Below are positions 1 through 9,114 of a stretch of DNA of 64,000 nt, piece by piece. The translations under genes were made by a program, and so were the position numbers. The first letter of the stretch is position 1. Each line of letters starts with the position of its first letter. Source of the DNA: Rhizobiaceae bacterium (GTDB lineage Bacteria > Pseudomonadota > Alphaproteobacteria > Rhizobiales > Rhizobiaceae); contig JAWKWH010000005.1 of NCBI GenBank assembly GCA_041397625.1, forward strand, positions 86,271 to 150,270. The letters are read 5' to 3'. A model generated the notes under the pieces. It did not search any database, had not been told where the DNA came from, and saw only the letters and a list, made by a program, of their open reading frames with translations.

Positions 1-57
1 ATCAAATCTTGCGGAAGGCAGATGGGCCCTGCCGACAGTCACTTGGGAGAAGCAATC

Positions 58-1143
58 ATGAAGGCAATCGGGGTACTGGTCGCGGCTGCGTCGGCCATGT
101 TGGCGACCGCTGCGTCAGCGGGCGAGGTACGCGTCTACAACTGGTCGGACTATATCGACGAAGAACTGTTGGGCAAGTTCGAGCAGGAGACCGGCAACAC
201 GCTGATCTACGACGTGTTTGATTCCAACGAGGTACTGGAGACCAAAATGCTCGCCGGCAGTTCGGGCTACGACGTGGTCGTTCCGACCGCCGACTTCCTG
301 CAACGCCAGATCGCCGCCGGCGCTTTCCAGAAGCTGGACTATTCGAAACTGCCCAATGCGAAGAACCTTTGGGATGTAATCAAGGAACGCACCGACCAGT
401 ATGACCCGGGCAATGCCCACGCGATCAACTACATGTGGGGGACCACCGGCATCGGCATCAACGTCGGCAAGGTCAAGGAAGCGCTGGGCGACGATGCGCC
501 GGTCAACTCGCTGGCGCTGATCTTCGATCCCGCCAATATGGAGAAGCTGGCCGGCTGCGGCGTTCAGTTCCTCGACGCGCCGACGGAGATAATTCCCGCG
601 GCGCTGAAATATCTGGGCGAAGATCCGAACAGTCACGATCCGGACGTCATCGCCAAGGCCGAGAGCGTGCTGATGCCCGTGCGACCGTATGTGCAGAAAT
701 TCCATAGCTCGGAGTACATCAACGCCCTTGCCAATGGCGATATCTGCGTGGCGTTCGGCTGGTCCGGCGACATATTGCAGGCGCGCGACCGCGCCGCCGA
801 GGCCGAAAACGGCGTGGAGATCGCCTACAACGCGCCCAAGGAAGGCGCGCTCATGTGGTTCGACATGATGGCCATTCCCGCCGACGCGCCCAATCCGGAC
901 GGTGCCCACCAGTTCCTGAACTTCATCATGGACGCACACAACATGGCGGCGGCGTCGAACTACGTTTACTACGCCAACGGCAACAAGGCTTCGCAGGAGT
1001 TCCTCGCCGAAGACGTGATCGGCGACCCGGCGATCTATCCCGACGAAGAAACGGTGGCCAATCTCTACACCCATCAGGCCTATCCGCCGAAGGTCCAGCG
1101 CGTGGTGACGAGGCTCTGGACCAAGATCAAGTCCGGCACCTGA
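58..1143 (+). CDS. potF: Periplasmic putrescine-binding protein of ABC importer (PotF-like)
   Basis: ORF 22..1143 trimmed to ATG 58 (GGGAGA 8 nt upstream), giving signal peptide MKAIGVLVAAASAMLATAASA. Near end-to-end resemblance to E. coli PotF (VYNWSDYI, DVFDSNEVLE, YMWGTTGIG, FHSSEYINALANGDICVA). Confidence 0.92.
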   Translation: MKAIGVLVAAASAMLATAASAGEVRVYNWSDYIDEELLGKFEQETGNTLIYDVFDSNEVLETKMLAGSSGYDVVVPTADFLQRQIAAGAFQKLDYSKLPNAKNLWDVIKERTDQYDPGNAHAINYMWGTTGIGINVGKVKEALGDDAPVNSLALIFDPANMEKLAGCGVQFLDAPTEIIPAALKYLGEDPNSHDPDVIAKAESVLMPVRPYVQKFHSSEYINALANGDICVAFGWSGDILQARDRAAEAENGVEIAYNAPKEGALMWFDMMAIPADAPNPDGAHQFLNFIMDAHNMAAASNYVYYANGNKASQEFLAEDVIGDPAIYPDEETVANLYTHQAYPPKVQRVVTRLWTKIKSGT

Positions 1144-1215
1144 AATCTTGCGCAAACCCCCGCGTCACGGAATTGTGGCGCGGGAACCTGTCCGACGCGA
1201 GGCGCTGAACCGAAG

Positions 1216-2355
1216 ATGCCGCATCCATCCAAATCAAACGTCTTCGCCCCATGGGACGATCCGGACGCCACGCCGCTGATCCGCTTTGCCGGCGTCACCA
1301 AACGGTTCGGCGAATTCACCGCCATCGACAATCTTGACCTCGATATCTACGAGCGCGAGTTCTTTGCACTGCTCGGACCGTCCGGTTGCGGCAAGACCAC
1401 GCTGATGCGCATGCTGGCCGGTTTCGAGGATCCGACCGAAGGCGCGATCACGCTCGACGGCGCCGACATCGTGCCGGTGCCGCCCAACAAGCGCGCCGTC
1501 AACATGATGTTCCAGTCCTACGCCCTTTTCCCGCATCTGACGGTGGCCGACAACATCGCCTTCGGGCTCAAGCGATCGCAAATGGGCAAGGACGAAATCC
1601 GGTCGCGGCTGGACGAGATGCTGCGCCTGACCCGGCTTGAGCCGTTCGCCAAGCGCAAGCCACATCAAATTTCCGGCGGCCAGCGCCAGCGCGTTGCCTT
1701 GGCCCGATCGCTCGCCAAGGCGCCGAAACTGCTGCTGCTCGACGAGCCGCTCGGCGCGCTGGACAAGAAGCTGCGCCAGGATACCCAGTTCGAGCTGATG
1801 GACATTCAGGAGAAGACCGGCACGACATTCGTCATCGTCACCCACGACCAGGAGGAGGCAATGACGGTTGCCAGCCGTGTGGCCGTAATGGACCATGGCC
1901 GGCTCATCCAGGTCGCCACCCCGGCGCAGATCTACGAGCAGCCCAACAGCACCTATGTCGCCGACTTCATCGGCGACGTGAACCTGATCGAAGGCAACGC
2001 CACCGCCGCCGGTGACGGCAAGGTCAGCGTCGCTTGGGCAGAGGGGAACTCGCCGATCCTGGCGACGGCCACCAATGCCGTCGATGACGGCGCCCGCGTC
2101 TCGGTGGCGATCCGCCCGGAAAAGATCGCCATCTCGTCCAAGCGCCCCAAGGATACCAGCAACGCCATCAAGGGTATCGTCGACGACATCGCCTATCTGG
2201 GCAATATCTCAACCTATCACGTCAGGCTGGAAAGCGGGCACGTCATCAAGGCGCAGACCGCAAATGTGCGCCGGGTCGGACGGCAGAGTTTCACCTGGGA
2301 GGACACGGTCTGGCTATCGTTTACCGACACCGCCGGCATCGTGCTCACGAGCTAG
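1216..2355 (+). CDS. potG: Putrescine/spermidine ABC transporter ATPase
   Basis: Walker A GPSGCGKTT, signature [14 protein letters not shown], Walker B LLLLDEP, PotA/PotG-type C-terminal domain. Follows potF. Confidence 0.9.
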   Translation: MPHPSKSNVFAPWDDPDATPLIRFAGVTKRFGEFTAIDNLDLDIYEREFFALLGPSGCGKTTLMRMLAGFEDPTEGAITLDGADIVPVPPNKRAVNMMFQSYALFPHLTVADNIAFGLKRSQMGKDEIRSRLDEMLRLTRLEPFAKRKPHQISGGQRQRVALARSLAKAPKLLLLDEPLGALDKKLRQDTQFELMDIQEKTGTTFVIVTHDQEEAMTVASRVAVMDHGRLIQVATPAQIYEQPNSTYVADFIGDVNLIEGNATAAGDGKVSVAWAEGNSPILATATNAVDDGARVSVAIRPEKIAISSKRPKDTSNAIKGIVDDIAYLGNISTYHVRLESGHVIKAQTANVRRVGRQSFTWEDTVWLSFTDTAGIVLTS

Positions 2356-2372
2356 GGTCTGTTGGGTATCTC

Positions 2373-3518
2373 ATGAATTTCCGCCGCCTTTTTCTTATCG
2401 TTGTTCCCTATTTCTGGCTCCTCGCCCTCTTTCTGATTCCCTTTCTGATCGTCGTGAAGATTTCGCTTTCCGACGTAACCATCGCCATTCCGCCATATAC
2501 GCCGACACTTGATTTCTCGGCCGGGTGGCTGGGCTTCAGGGAATTTCTCGCCGAGCTCGATTTCGAGAACTACGAATTCATAGGCGCCGGCGCCCTCATC
2601 GCGACCTTTGCGCAGATATTCCTGTATATCGCCATCTACGTCTGGGCGTTCAAACGGATCTTTCCGCGCCTCGGCATGCATTTCGAAAATTCCGTGGCAG
2701 CACCGACATTGCTCTCCGCCTTCCTTACGGCTCTGGCGGCGGGCGTACTCTGCATGGTGGCGACCGCGCTTATTTGGCTCGCATATACGGCCATCGTCAG
2801 CGTGTTCCCGTCGATCGGCGTCTTCTTCGAGATAACCGACGATCTCTACTGGAAAGCCTACCTTTCCAGCCTCTGGATCGCCGCCACATCGACCGTCATC
2901 ACCCTCATCGTCGGCTTCCCGATCGCCTATGGCATGGCGCAGGCGCCCGACGAGTGGCGCCCGACACTGATGATGATGGTCATCCTGCCGTTCTGGACCA
3001 GCTTCCTGATCCGCGTCTATTCGTGGATGGGAATCCTGAGCCAGGAGGGCTTTCTCAACCAGTTCCTGCTCTGGACCGGTGTCATCAGCGAACCGCTGAC
3101 CATTCTCAATACCAACATCGCCGTCTATATCGGCATCGTCTATACCTATCTGCCGTTCATGATCCTGCCGATCTACGCGACGCTGGAGAAGCTCGACGGT
3201 TCCCTGCTCGAGGCGGCCGAAGATCTCGGCTGCTCGCGTACGCAGGCGTTCTGGCTGGTGACCGTGCCCCTGTCGCGCTCCGGCGTCATTGCCGGCTGTT
3301 TCTTGGTGTTCATCCCGGCGCTTGGCGAATTCGTCATCCCGTCGATCCTCGGCGGTTCGGGCACGCTGATGATCGGCAAGGTGCTTTGGGAGGAGTTCTT
3401 CTCCAACCGCGACTGGCCGGTCGCCTCCGCCGTTGCGGTGGTGTTGCTGATCATTCTCATCATCCCGATCGTGCTGTTCCAGCGCAATGAACAAAAGCAG
3501 CGCGAGGCCGGCCAATGA
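2373..3518 (+). CDS. potH: Putrescine ABC transporter permease (PotH-like, extended N-terminal membrane region)
   Basis: Multi-TM protein with EAA loop LEAAEDLGCSRTQAFW. 381 aa, longer than E. coli PotH at the N-terminus. Confidence 0.85.
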   Translation: MNFRRLFLIVVPYFWLLALFLIPFLIVVKISLSDVTIAIPPYTPTLDFSAGWLGFREFLAELDFENYEFIGAGALIATFAQIFLYIAIYVWAFKRIFPRLGMHFENSVAAPTLLSAFLTALAAGVLCMVATALIWLAYTAIVSVFPSIGVFFEITDDLYWKAYLSSLWIAATSTVITLIVGFPIAYGMAQAPDEWRPTLMMMVILPFWTSFLIRVYSWMGILSQEGFLNQFLLWTGVISEPLTILNTNIAVYIGIVYTYLPFMILPIYATLEKLDGSLLEAAEDLGCSRTQAFWLVTVPLSRSGVIAGCFLVFIPALGEFVIPSILGGSGTLMIGKVLWEEFFSNRDWPVASAVAVVLLIILIIPIVLFQRNEQKQREAGQ

Positions 3519-4330
3519 GACGGTTCTCCTGGTTCAACGCCACCTCGCTGACGCTGGGTTTTGCCTTTCTCTACATCCCGATGATCATCCTCGTGATCTA
3601 CAGTTTCAATGCTTCGAAACTGGTGACCGTCTGGGCCGGGTTTTCGACCAGATGGTATGGCGAACTGCTGCACAACGATGCCTTTCTGGGTGCAGCCTGG
3701 GTAACCCTGAAGGTCGCGGTGTTCTCGTCCACCCTGGCGACGATCTTCGGTACGATGGCCGCATACGTCGTCGTGCGGGCCGGCCGCTTCTACGGCCGTA
3801 CCCTGTTTTCCGGCATGATCTACGCCCCGCTGGTCATGCCGGAGGTTATCACCGGCCTGTCGCTGCTGCTGTTGTTCATCGCCATCGATCTCGATCGTGG
3901 CGTCACCACCATCGTCCTTGCGCACACGACGTTCTCGATGTGCTACGTTTCCGTCGTTGTCTCCTCGCGCCTGGTCTCCTTCGATAAATCGCTGGAAGAA
4001 GCCGCACTCGACCTCGGCTGCACCCCGTTCGATGCCTTCAAAAGCGTCACGCTGCCGATCATCGCGCCGGCAGTGATTTCCGGCTGGCTGCTTGCCTTTA
4101 CCCTGTCGCTCGACGATCTGGTGATCGCATCGTTCACCTCCGGGCCATCCTCGACCACGCTGCCGATCAAGATCTTCAGCGCCGTGCGTCTTGGGGTTTC
4201 GCCGGAGATCAACGCGCTTTCAACTATCATGATCGCCATCGTGACCGTCGGCGTGCTGACCGCCTCCTTCGTGACCAAACGCAACATCGCGCTGCGTCAG
4301 CGCGACGAGCAAAAGGCGCTTGCCGCATGA
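3515..4330 (+). CDS. potI: Putrescine ABC transporter permease (PotI-like)
   Basis: ATGA overlap with potH stop. EAA loop LEEAALDLGCTPFDAF. Six-TM-type permease. Confidence 0.88.
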   Translation: MRRFSWFNATSLTLGFAFLYIPMIILVIYSFNASKLVTVWAGFSTRWYGELLHNDAFLGAAWVTLKVAVFSSTLATIFGTMAAYVVVRAGRFYGRTLFSGMIYAPLVMPEVITGLSLLLLFIAIDLDRGVTTIVLAHTTFSMCYVSVVVSSRLVSFDKSLEEAALDLGCTPFDAFKSVTLPIIAPAVISGWLLAFTLSLDDLVIASFTSGPSSTTLPIKIFSAVRLGVSPEINALSTIMIAIVTVGVLTASFVTKRNIALRQRDEQKALAA

Positions 4331-5667
4331 GCGACTTCGCCGCCGAGTACGAGGCTTACTGTGCTGAGTACGGCACGCCCGACCGCATCGAGATGATGCT
4401 GTGCGACCTCAATGCCGTGCTGCGCGGTAAGTGGCTTCCGGGCGACGAGATCGGCAAGCTGCTCGACTATGGCGTTCGGCTGCCGATGTCGACCTATGCC
4501 CCCAACATCATGGGGCTCGAGGTCGAGGCGACCGGTCTCGGCATTTCCAAGGGCGATCCCGACGGATACATCGTGCCCGTTGCCGGAACGTTGAAGCCGG
4601 TCCCCTGGGCCAACGGCAATGTAGCCCAGGTACTGGTCGAGATGGTCGACGAGGACGATCAGATCAGCCGACTGTCGACCCGCCTGCACCTCGCCAACAT
4701 CGTCGAGCGCTTCGCGAAGGAAGGCCTGCATCCGGTCGTCGCCACCGAGCTGGAATTCTACATCGTCAAGCACCGCGAGGATGCCGAGGACGCGCCGGAA
4801 CCGCCGGACGGCCTGCCTGACGCCCAGAACTACGATCTGGAAGTGTTGAGCCAGTCGGAAGCACTGCTGACGGAAATTCTGGATGCGGCCAAGATACAGG
4901 GCCTGCCGACCGATACGCTGATCGCCGAATACGGTGCCGGCCAGTTCGAGATCAATTTCCACCATACCGACGACGTGCTCGCTGCCGCGGATACAGCGCT
5001 GCTGTTTCGCCGACTTGTCATCGGGGTTGTCGACCGGCACGGCCTGGAAGCAACCTTCATGGCCAAGCCTTACGCGGACCAGCCCGGAAACGGGATGCAT
5101 GTCCATGTCTCGGTACTGGATGATGACGGCAACAACATTTTCGCCGCCGAGGATGGCGTATCGCCGACATTGCGCGCGGCTGTCGGCGGCGTCCTCGCCA
5201 CCATGCGCGAGATGCAGGCGATCTTCGCTCCGCACATGAATTCCTACCGGCGTTTCCAGCCGGGCAGTTTCGCGCCGTCGGCGCCGAACTGGGGGCTGGA
5301 CCATCGCGGCGCTGCCGTCAGGCTCCCCGAGACCGAAGGCAACGGCGCCCGCCTCGAACACCGTATCAGCGGAGCCGACGTGAACGCCTATCTGGCAGTC
5401 GCCGCCATTCTCGGCGGCGTTTTCCATGGCCTGCACAAAGATTGCCCGCTGCCGCCGGCGCTCGACGAGGACGACCAGCCCGACATCGAGCCGCTCACCC
5501 ATGACTGGATGACCGCGGTCGCCATTTTCGAGCAATCCGATTTCGCCGCCGACCTGTTCGGCGAAGACTATCGCCACATCTATTCCATGGTCCGCCACGA
5601 CGAGATCAAGGAACTGACGTCGATCATCACGGCAGTGGAATATCGCTACTATCTGAGCCGGCTTTAG
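4327..5667 (+). CDS. Glutamine synthetase family protein, probable gamma-glutamyl-polyamine (putrescine) synthetase
   Basis: ATGA overlap with potI stop. GS catalytic-domain motifs (FMAKPY..QPGNGMHVHVS, NSYRRF, RLEHRISGAD). Position after potFGHI fits PuuA-type enzymes. Confidence 0.8.
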   Translation: MSDFAAEYEAYCAEYGTPDRIEMMLCDLNAVLRGKWLPGDEIGKLLDYGVRLPMSTYAPNIMGLEVEATGLGISKGDPDGYIVPVAGTLKPVPWANGNVAQVLVEMVDEDDQISRLSTRLHLANIVERFAKEGLHPVVATELEFYIVKHREDAEDAPEPPDGLPDAQNYDLEVLSQSEALLTEILDAAKIQGLPTDTLIAEYGAGQFEINFHHTDDVLAAADTALLFRRLVIGVVDRHGLEATFMAKPYADQPGNGMHVHVSVLDDDGNNIFAAEDGVSPTLRAAVGGVLATMREMQAIFAPHMNSYRRFQPGSFAPSAPNWGLDHRGAAVRLPETEGNGARLEHRISGADVNAYLAVAAILGGVFHGLHKDCPLPPALDEDDQPDIEPLTHDWMTAVAIFEQSDFAADLFGEDYRHIYSMVRHDEIKELTSIITAVEYRYYLSRL

Positions 5668-5899
5668 GGTCTGTACTCATTAAATTGGCAGTAATGGTCG
5701 GAGCGGATTTGTGCGGATGCGAGAAGCAAGTCCGCGGGAAGGCTGAAGCCTTTCAAGGGCTTGCGACAAGGTAGCCCGTGCGAAGCCGTCCGATCCGAAG
5801 GACGGTCGAGCTGACGTCGACCTGCCGCGTCAAAGCCCTCGACCGGGGGGATTGGCCCCGCTCGTCGGGCCTTTCCGTCAATTTAATGAGTACGGACCC
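5667..5899. repeat. 233-bp element with 21-bp terminal inverted repeats (MITE/REP-like)
   Basis: GGGTCTGTACTCATTAAATTG at 5667-5687 and its reverse complement (1 mismatch) at 5879-5899. Hairpin-rich, non-coding core. Fills the convergent gap. Confidence 0.7.
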
Positions 5900-5913
5900 T
5901 GGAGCGCTTCAGG

Positions 5914-6750
5914 TCAGCCGGCACATTCCTCGGCCAGTTCGAGGTTTGCCACGGTACCCAGCGCCTCGATGATTTCGGCGGCAACGAGGCTGGCGATCAC
6001 GGCGGGACGCTTGTCGTGCAACCTGCTCTTGCCGATCGGGCAGACAAGCCGGCCAAGCGCCGCCCTGTCGCCGCCCTGCTTAACGTACCAGCTGGCGAAC
6101 GTGGCGCGCTTGGTCTTCGAGCCGATCATGCCGACATAGGCCGCGTCACCGCGCGCCAGCGCTTCCTGGGCGATCAGGAAGTCGAGCGAATGGTCATGGG
6201 TAAGGATGACGAAGGCGCTGCCGGCGGGCGCCTCGCGAACCACCGATTCCGGCACGGCCGTCAGGCAGGTTTCGACCGATTTCGGCGCACGCTCGAGTTC
6301 GTTTGCCCGGGTGTCGACCAGCACGGGTCGCACCGGCAACAGCGCCAACGCACTGGCGAGCGCATTACCCACATGTCCCGCGCCGAACAGATAAATATGT
6401 GGTTCGGCGGCCATCTGCTTTTCAAGTTCTGTAACCGCGGCTTCGGCAAGCGCGTGGTCCAGCCGTTTCAGGCTGATGGCCACGCGGCCACCGCAGCACT
6501 GGCCGATCTCGGGTCCGAGCGGAATGGAAATTTCCGCGGCTGTCTCGCCGGCGGCAAGCATCGCCCGCGCGCGGTCGATCGCCATGTATTCGAGCTGGCC
6601 GCCTCCGATCGTCAGGAACAGCGCCGAGGGCGACACCAGCATCCAGGCCCCGCGTTCGCGCGGGGTGGAACCCCTCGCCTCGGCAACCTCCACCTTCACC
6701 GTTTCCGGATTGGCGCGGAGGAAATCCCTGATGTCGTCCGCAGCGGCCAT
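5914..6750 (-). CDS. xdhC: Xanthine dehydrogenase accessory/maturation protein XdhC
   Basis: ORF 5914..6843 trimmed to ATG 6750 (5 nt after the xdhB stop). XdhC/CoxI family with Rossmann-like YLFGAGHVGNALA. Last gene of the xdh operon. Confidence 0.85.
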   Translation of the reverse strand: MAAADDIRDFLRANPETVKVEVAEARGSTPRERGAWMLVSPSALFLTIGGGQLEYMAIDRARAMLAAGETAAEISIPLGPEIGQCCGGRVAISLKRLDHALAEAAVTELEKQMAAEPHIYLFGAGHVGNALASALALLPVRPVLVDTRANELERAPKSVETCLTAVPESVVREAPAGSAFVILTHDHSLDFLIAQEALARGDAAYVGMIGSKTKRATFASWYVKQGGDRAALGRLVCPIGKSRLHDKRPAVIASLVAAEIIEALGTVANLELAEECAG

Positions 6751-6755
6751 GACCG

Positions 6756-9104
6756 CTAACCTCGCTCGGCCGCCCCGGCGCGCATCCGCTCGGCGGCAAA
6801 CAGGACACATTCGGGCGTCGCCGGCGTATCGAGCCGCGGACATGTGCGATACCCGTCCAGGCTCGCCACCGCCATCGACAGCGCCTCGACCACCGAGTTC
6901 GCCAGCATGAACGGCGGCTCGCCTACCGCCTTGGAACGTCTGATCGTGTTCTCGCGGTTCGCCGACCAGTCGGCGAGCTCGACATTGAACACCGGGGGAA
7001 CGTCGGAAGCGAGCGGTATCTTGTAGGTCGAGGGCGCATGCGTCCTCAGGCGCCCGTCCTTATCCCACCAAAGCTCCTCGGTTGTCAGCCAGCCCATCCC
7101 CTGGATGAAACCGCCCTCGATCTGGCCGAGATCGAGCGCCGGATTGAGCGACTTGCCGACATCGTGGAGGATGTCGACGCGATCGACCTGGTATTCGCCG
7201 GTCAGCGTATCGACGCTGACCTCGGACACTGACGCGCCATAGGCGAAATAGTAGAACGGCCTGCCCTTGCCCGTGGCACGGTCCCAGTGAATCTTGGGCG
7301 TCTTGTAGAAGCCGGCGGCTGAAAGCTGAACCCGGCCCATATAGGCCTGCTTGATGAACTCGTCGAACACGATCGACTGGTTGCCGACCCGCACCGCGTT
7401 CGGCTCGAAGACCACCTGTTCGGCCGGAACACCGTAATGTTCGGCGGCAAAGGCGACCAGCCGGCTTTTGATCTGACCGGCAGCGTTGGCGGCCGCCATG
7501 CCGTTGAGGTCCGAGCCCGACGAGGCCGCCGTAGCCGATGTGTTGGGTACCTTGCCCGTCGACGTGGCGGTGATCTTGACGCGGTCGAGATCGACCTGGA
7601 ACTCGTCGGCCAGCACCTGCGCCACCTTGGTGTTCAGCCCCTGGCCCATCTCGGTGCCGCCATGGTTCAGGTGGATCGAGCCGTCGTTGTAGATGTGCAC
7701 GAGCGCACCGGCCTGATTGTACCACGTGGCGGTGAACGAGATGCCGAACTTCACCGGCGTCAGCGCGATGCCCTTGCGCACGATGCCGCCCTTGCGGTTG
7801 AACGCAAGCACAGCCTCGCGCCGCTCCGCGTAATCGGAGCGTTCCTCCAGTTCGGCGATGATCCGGCCGGCAATATTGTCCTCCACCTGCTGGTGATAGG
7901 GCGTCACGTCGCGGCCGTTGTCGCCATAAAGGTTGGCCTTGCGCACGTCCAGCGGATCCTTGCCGAGCGCATAGGCGATCTCTTCGATCATGCGCTCGCC
8001 GGCGATCATGCCCTGCGGTCCGCCGAAGCCGCGATAAGCCGTGTTGGAGACCGTGTTCGTCTTCAACGGCTTGGAAACCAGGTGCACGTCCGGGAAATAG
8101 TAGCAGTTGTCGGCGTGAAACAGCGCCCGGTCGGTGACCGGCCCGGACAGATCGGCCGAAAAGCCGCAACGCGCCGCAAAGCTTGCGTCAACGGCCTCGA
8201 TCCGCCCGTCGTCGTCGAAGCCGATGTCATAGGAGATAAGGAAGTCGTGGCGCTTGCCCGTCGCGGTCATGTCATCGTCGCGATCGGGCCTGATCTTCAC
8301 CGCGCGGCCATGCTTCTTGGCGGCGAGCGCGGCCACCGCGGCAAACAGGTTTGCCTGCGTTTCCTTGCCGCCGAAACCGCCACCCATGCGCCGCACATTC
8401 ACCGTAACCGCATTCGACGGCACACCGAGCACATGGCCGACCATGTGCTGGACCTCGCTTGGATGCTGCGTCGAGGAAAACACGATCACTTCGTCGTCCT
8501 CGCCGGGCATCGCATAGGCGATCTGGCCTTCGAGATAGAAATGATCCTGTCCGCCGACACGCATGCTGGCGCTGATGCGGTTGACTGATTTCGCCAGCGC
8601 CGCCTTGGCGTCGCCGCGCTTGAGCGTCAGCGGCTCGGTCACCAGCGGATTGCCTGCTGCTTCCGCCTCGGCGACATCGACGATGAATGGCAGATCGCGA
8701 TACTCGATCTTGGCCTGCGCTGCCGCCCGTCTTGCCTGGTCGCGGGTTTCGGCGATGACGGCGAAGACCGGCTGGCCCAGGAACTCGACCTTGTCCTCGG
8801 CGAAGACCGGCTCGTCGTTCAAGCCGGTCGAACTGACATCGTTGTGGCCGGTTACGTCGGTGGCTGTCAGCACGTCGACCACGCCTGGCGACTGCCTGAC
8901 CGCTCGCAGGTCGACCGACACGATTTCGGCATTGGCCCTCTCGGACAGGCCGAGATAAGCGTGCAGCGTTCCGGCCGCCTCGACGATATCGTCAATGTAT
9001 TCGGCCTGGCCGGTTACATGTTTGTGACCGGAATCATGGCGCTGCGGCTTGTGCACGCCACCCTTGATCTCGGCCGGCATCTCGGTACGGATCTCGCTCA
9101 CCAC
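6756..9104 (-). CDS. xdhB: Xanthine dehydrogenase molybdopterin-binding subunit
   Basis: ORF 6756..9173 trimmed to GTG 9104 (a second GTG lies at 9101; GGGAGG 4-7 nt upstream; start uncertain by a few codons). GGGFGGKETQ and KAVGEPPF motifs. Confidence 0.9.
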   Translation of the reverse strand: MVSEIRTEMPAEIKGGVHKPQRHDSGHKHVTGQAEYIDDIVEAAGTLHAYLGLSERANAEIVSVDLRAVRQSPGVVDVLTATDVTGHNDVSSTGLNDEPVFAEDKVEFLGQPVFAVIAETRDQARRAAAQAKIEYRDLPFIVDVAEAEAAGNPLVTEPLTLKRGDAKAALAKSVNRISASMRVGGQDHFYLEGQIAYAMPGEDDEVIVFSSTQHPSEVQHMVGHVLGVPSNAVTVNVRRMGGGFGGKETQANLFAAVAALAAKKHGRAVKIRPDRDDDMTATGKRHDFLISYDIGFDDDGRIEAVDASFAARCGFSADLSGPVTDRALFHADNCYYFPDVHLVSKPLKTNTVSNTAYRGFGGPQGMIAGERMIEEIAYALGKDPLDVRKANLYGDNGRDVTPYHQQVEDNIAGRIIAELEERSDYAERREAVLAFNRKGGIVRKGIALTPVKFGISFTATWYNQAGALVHIYNDGSIHLNHGGTEMGQGLNTKVAQVLADEFQVDLDRVKITATSTGKVPNTSATAASSGSDLNGMAAANAAGQIKSRLVAFAAEHYGVPAEQVVFEPNAVRVGNQSIVFDEFIKQAYMGRVQLSAAGFYKTPKIHWDRATGKGRPFYYFAYGASVSEVSVDTLTGEYQVDRVDILHDVGKSLNPALDLGQIEGGFIQGMGWLTTEELWWDKDGRLRTHAPSTYKIPLASDVPPVFNVELADWSANRENTIRRSKAVGEPPFMLANSVVEALSMAVASLDGYRTCPRLDTPATPECVLFAAERMRAGAAERG

Positions 9105-9114
9105 AATACCTCCC

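Noticed and set aside
2373-3518. PotH-like permease ~60-80 aa longer than E. coli PotH (possible fusion or frameshift)
   Set aside because: The reading frame is continuous, the extra region is hydrophobic (additional TM helices), and the EAA loop is intact. Treated as a natural long variant.
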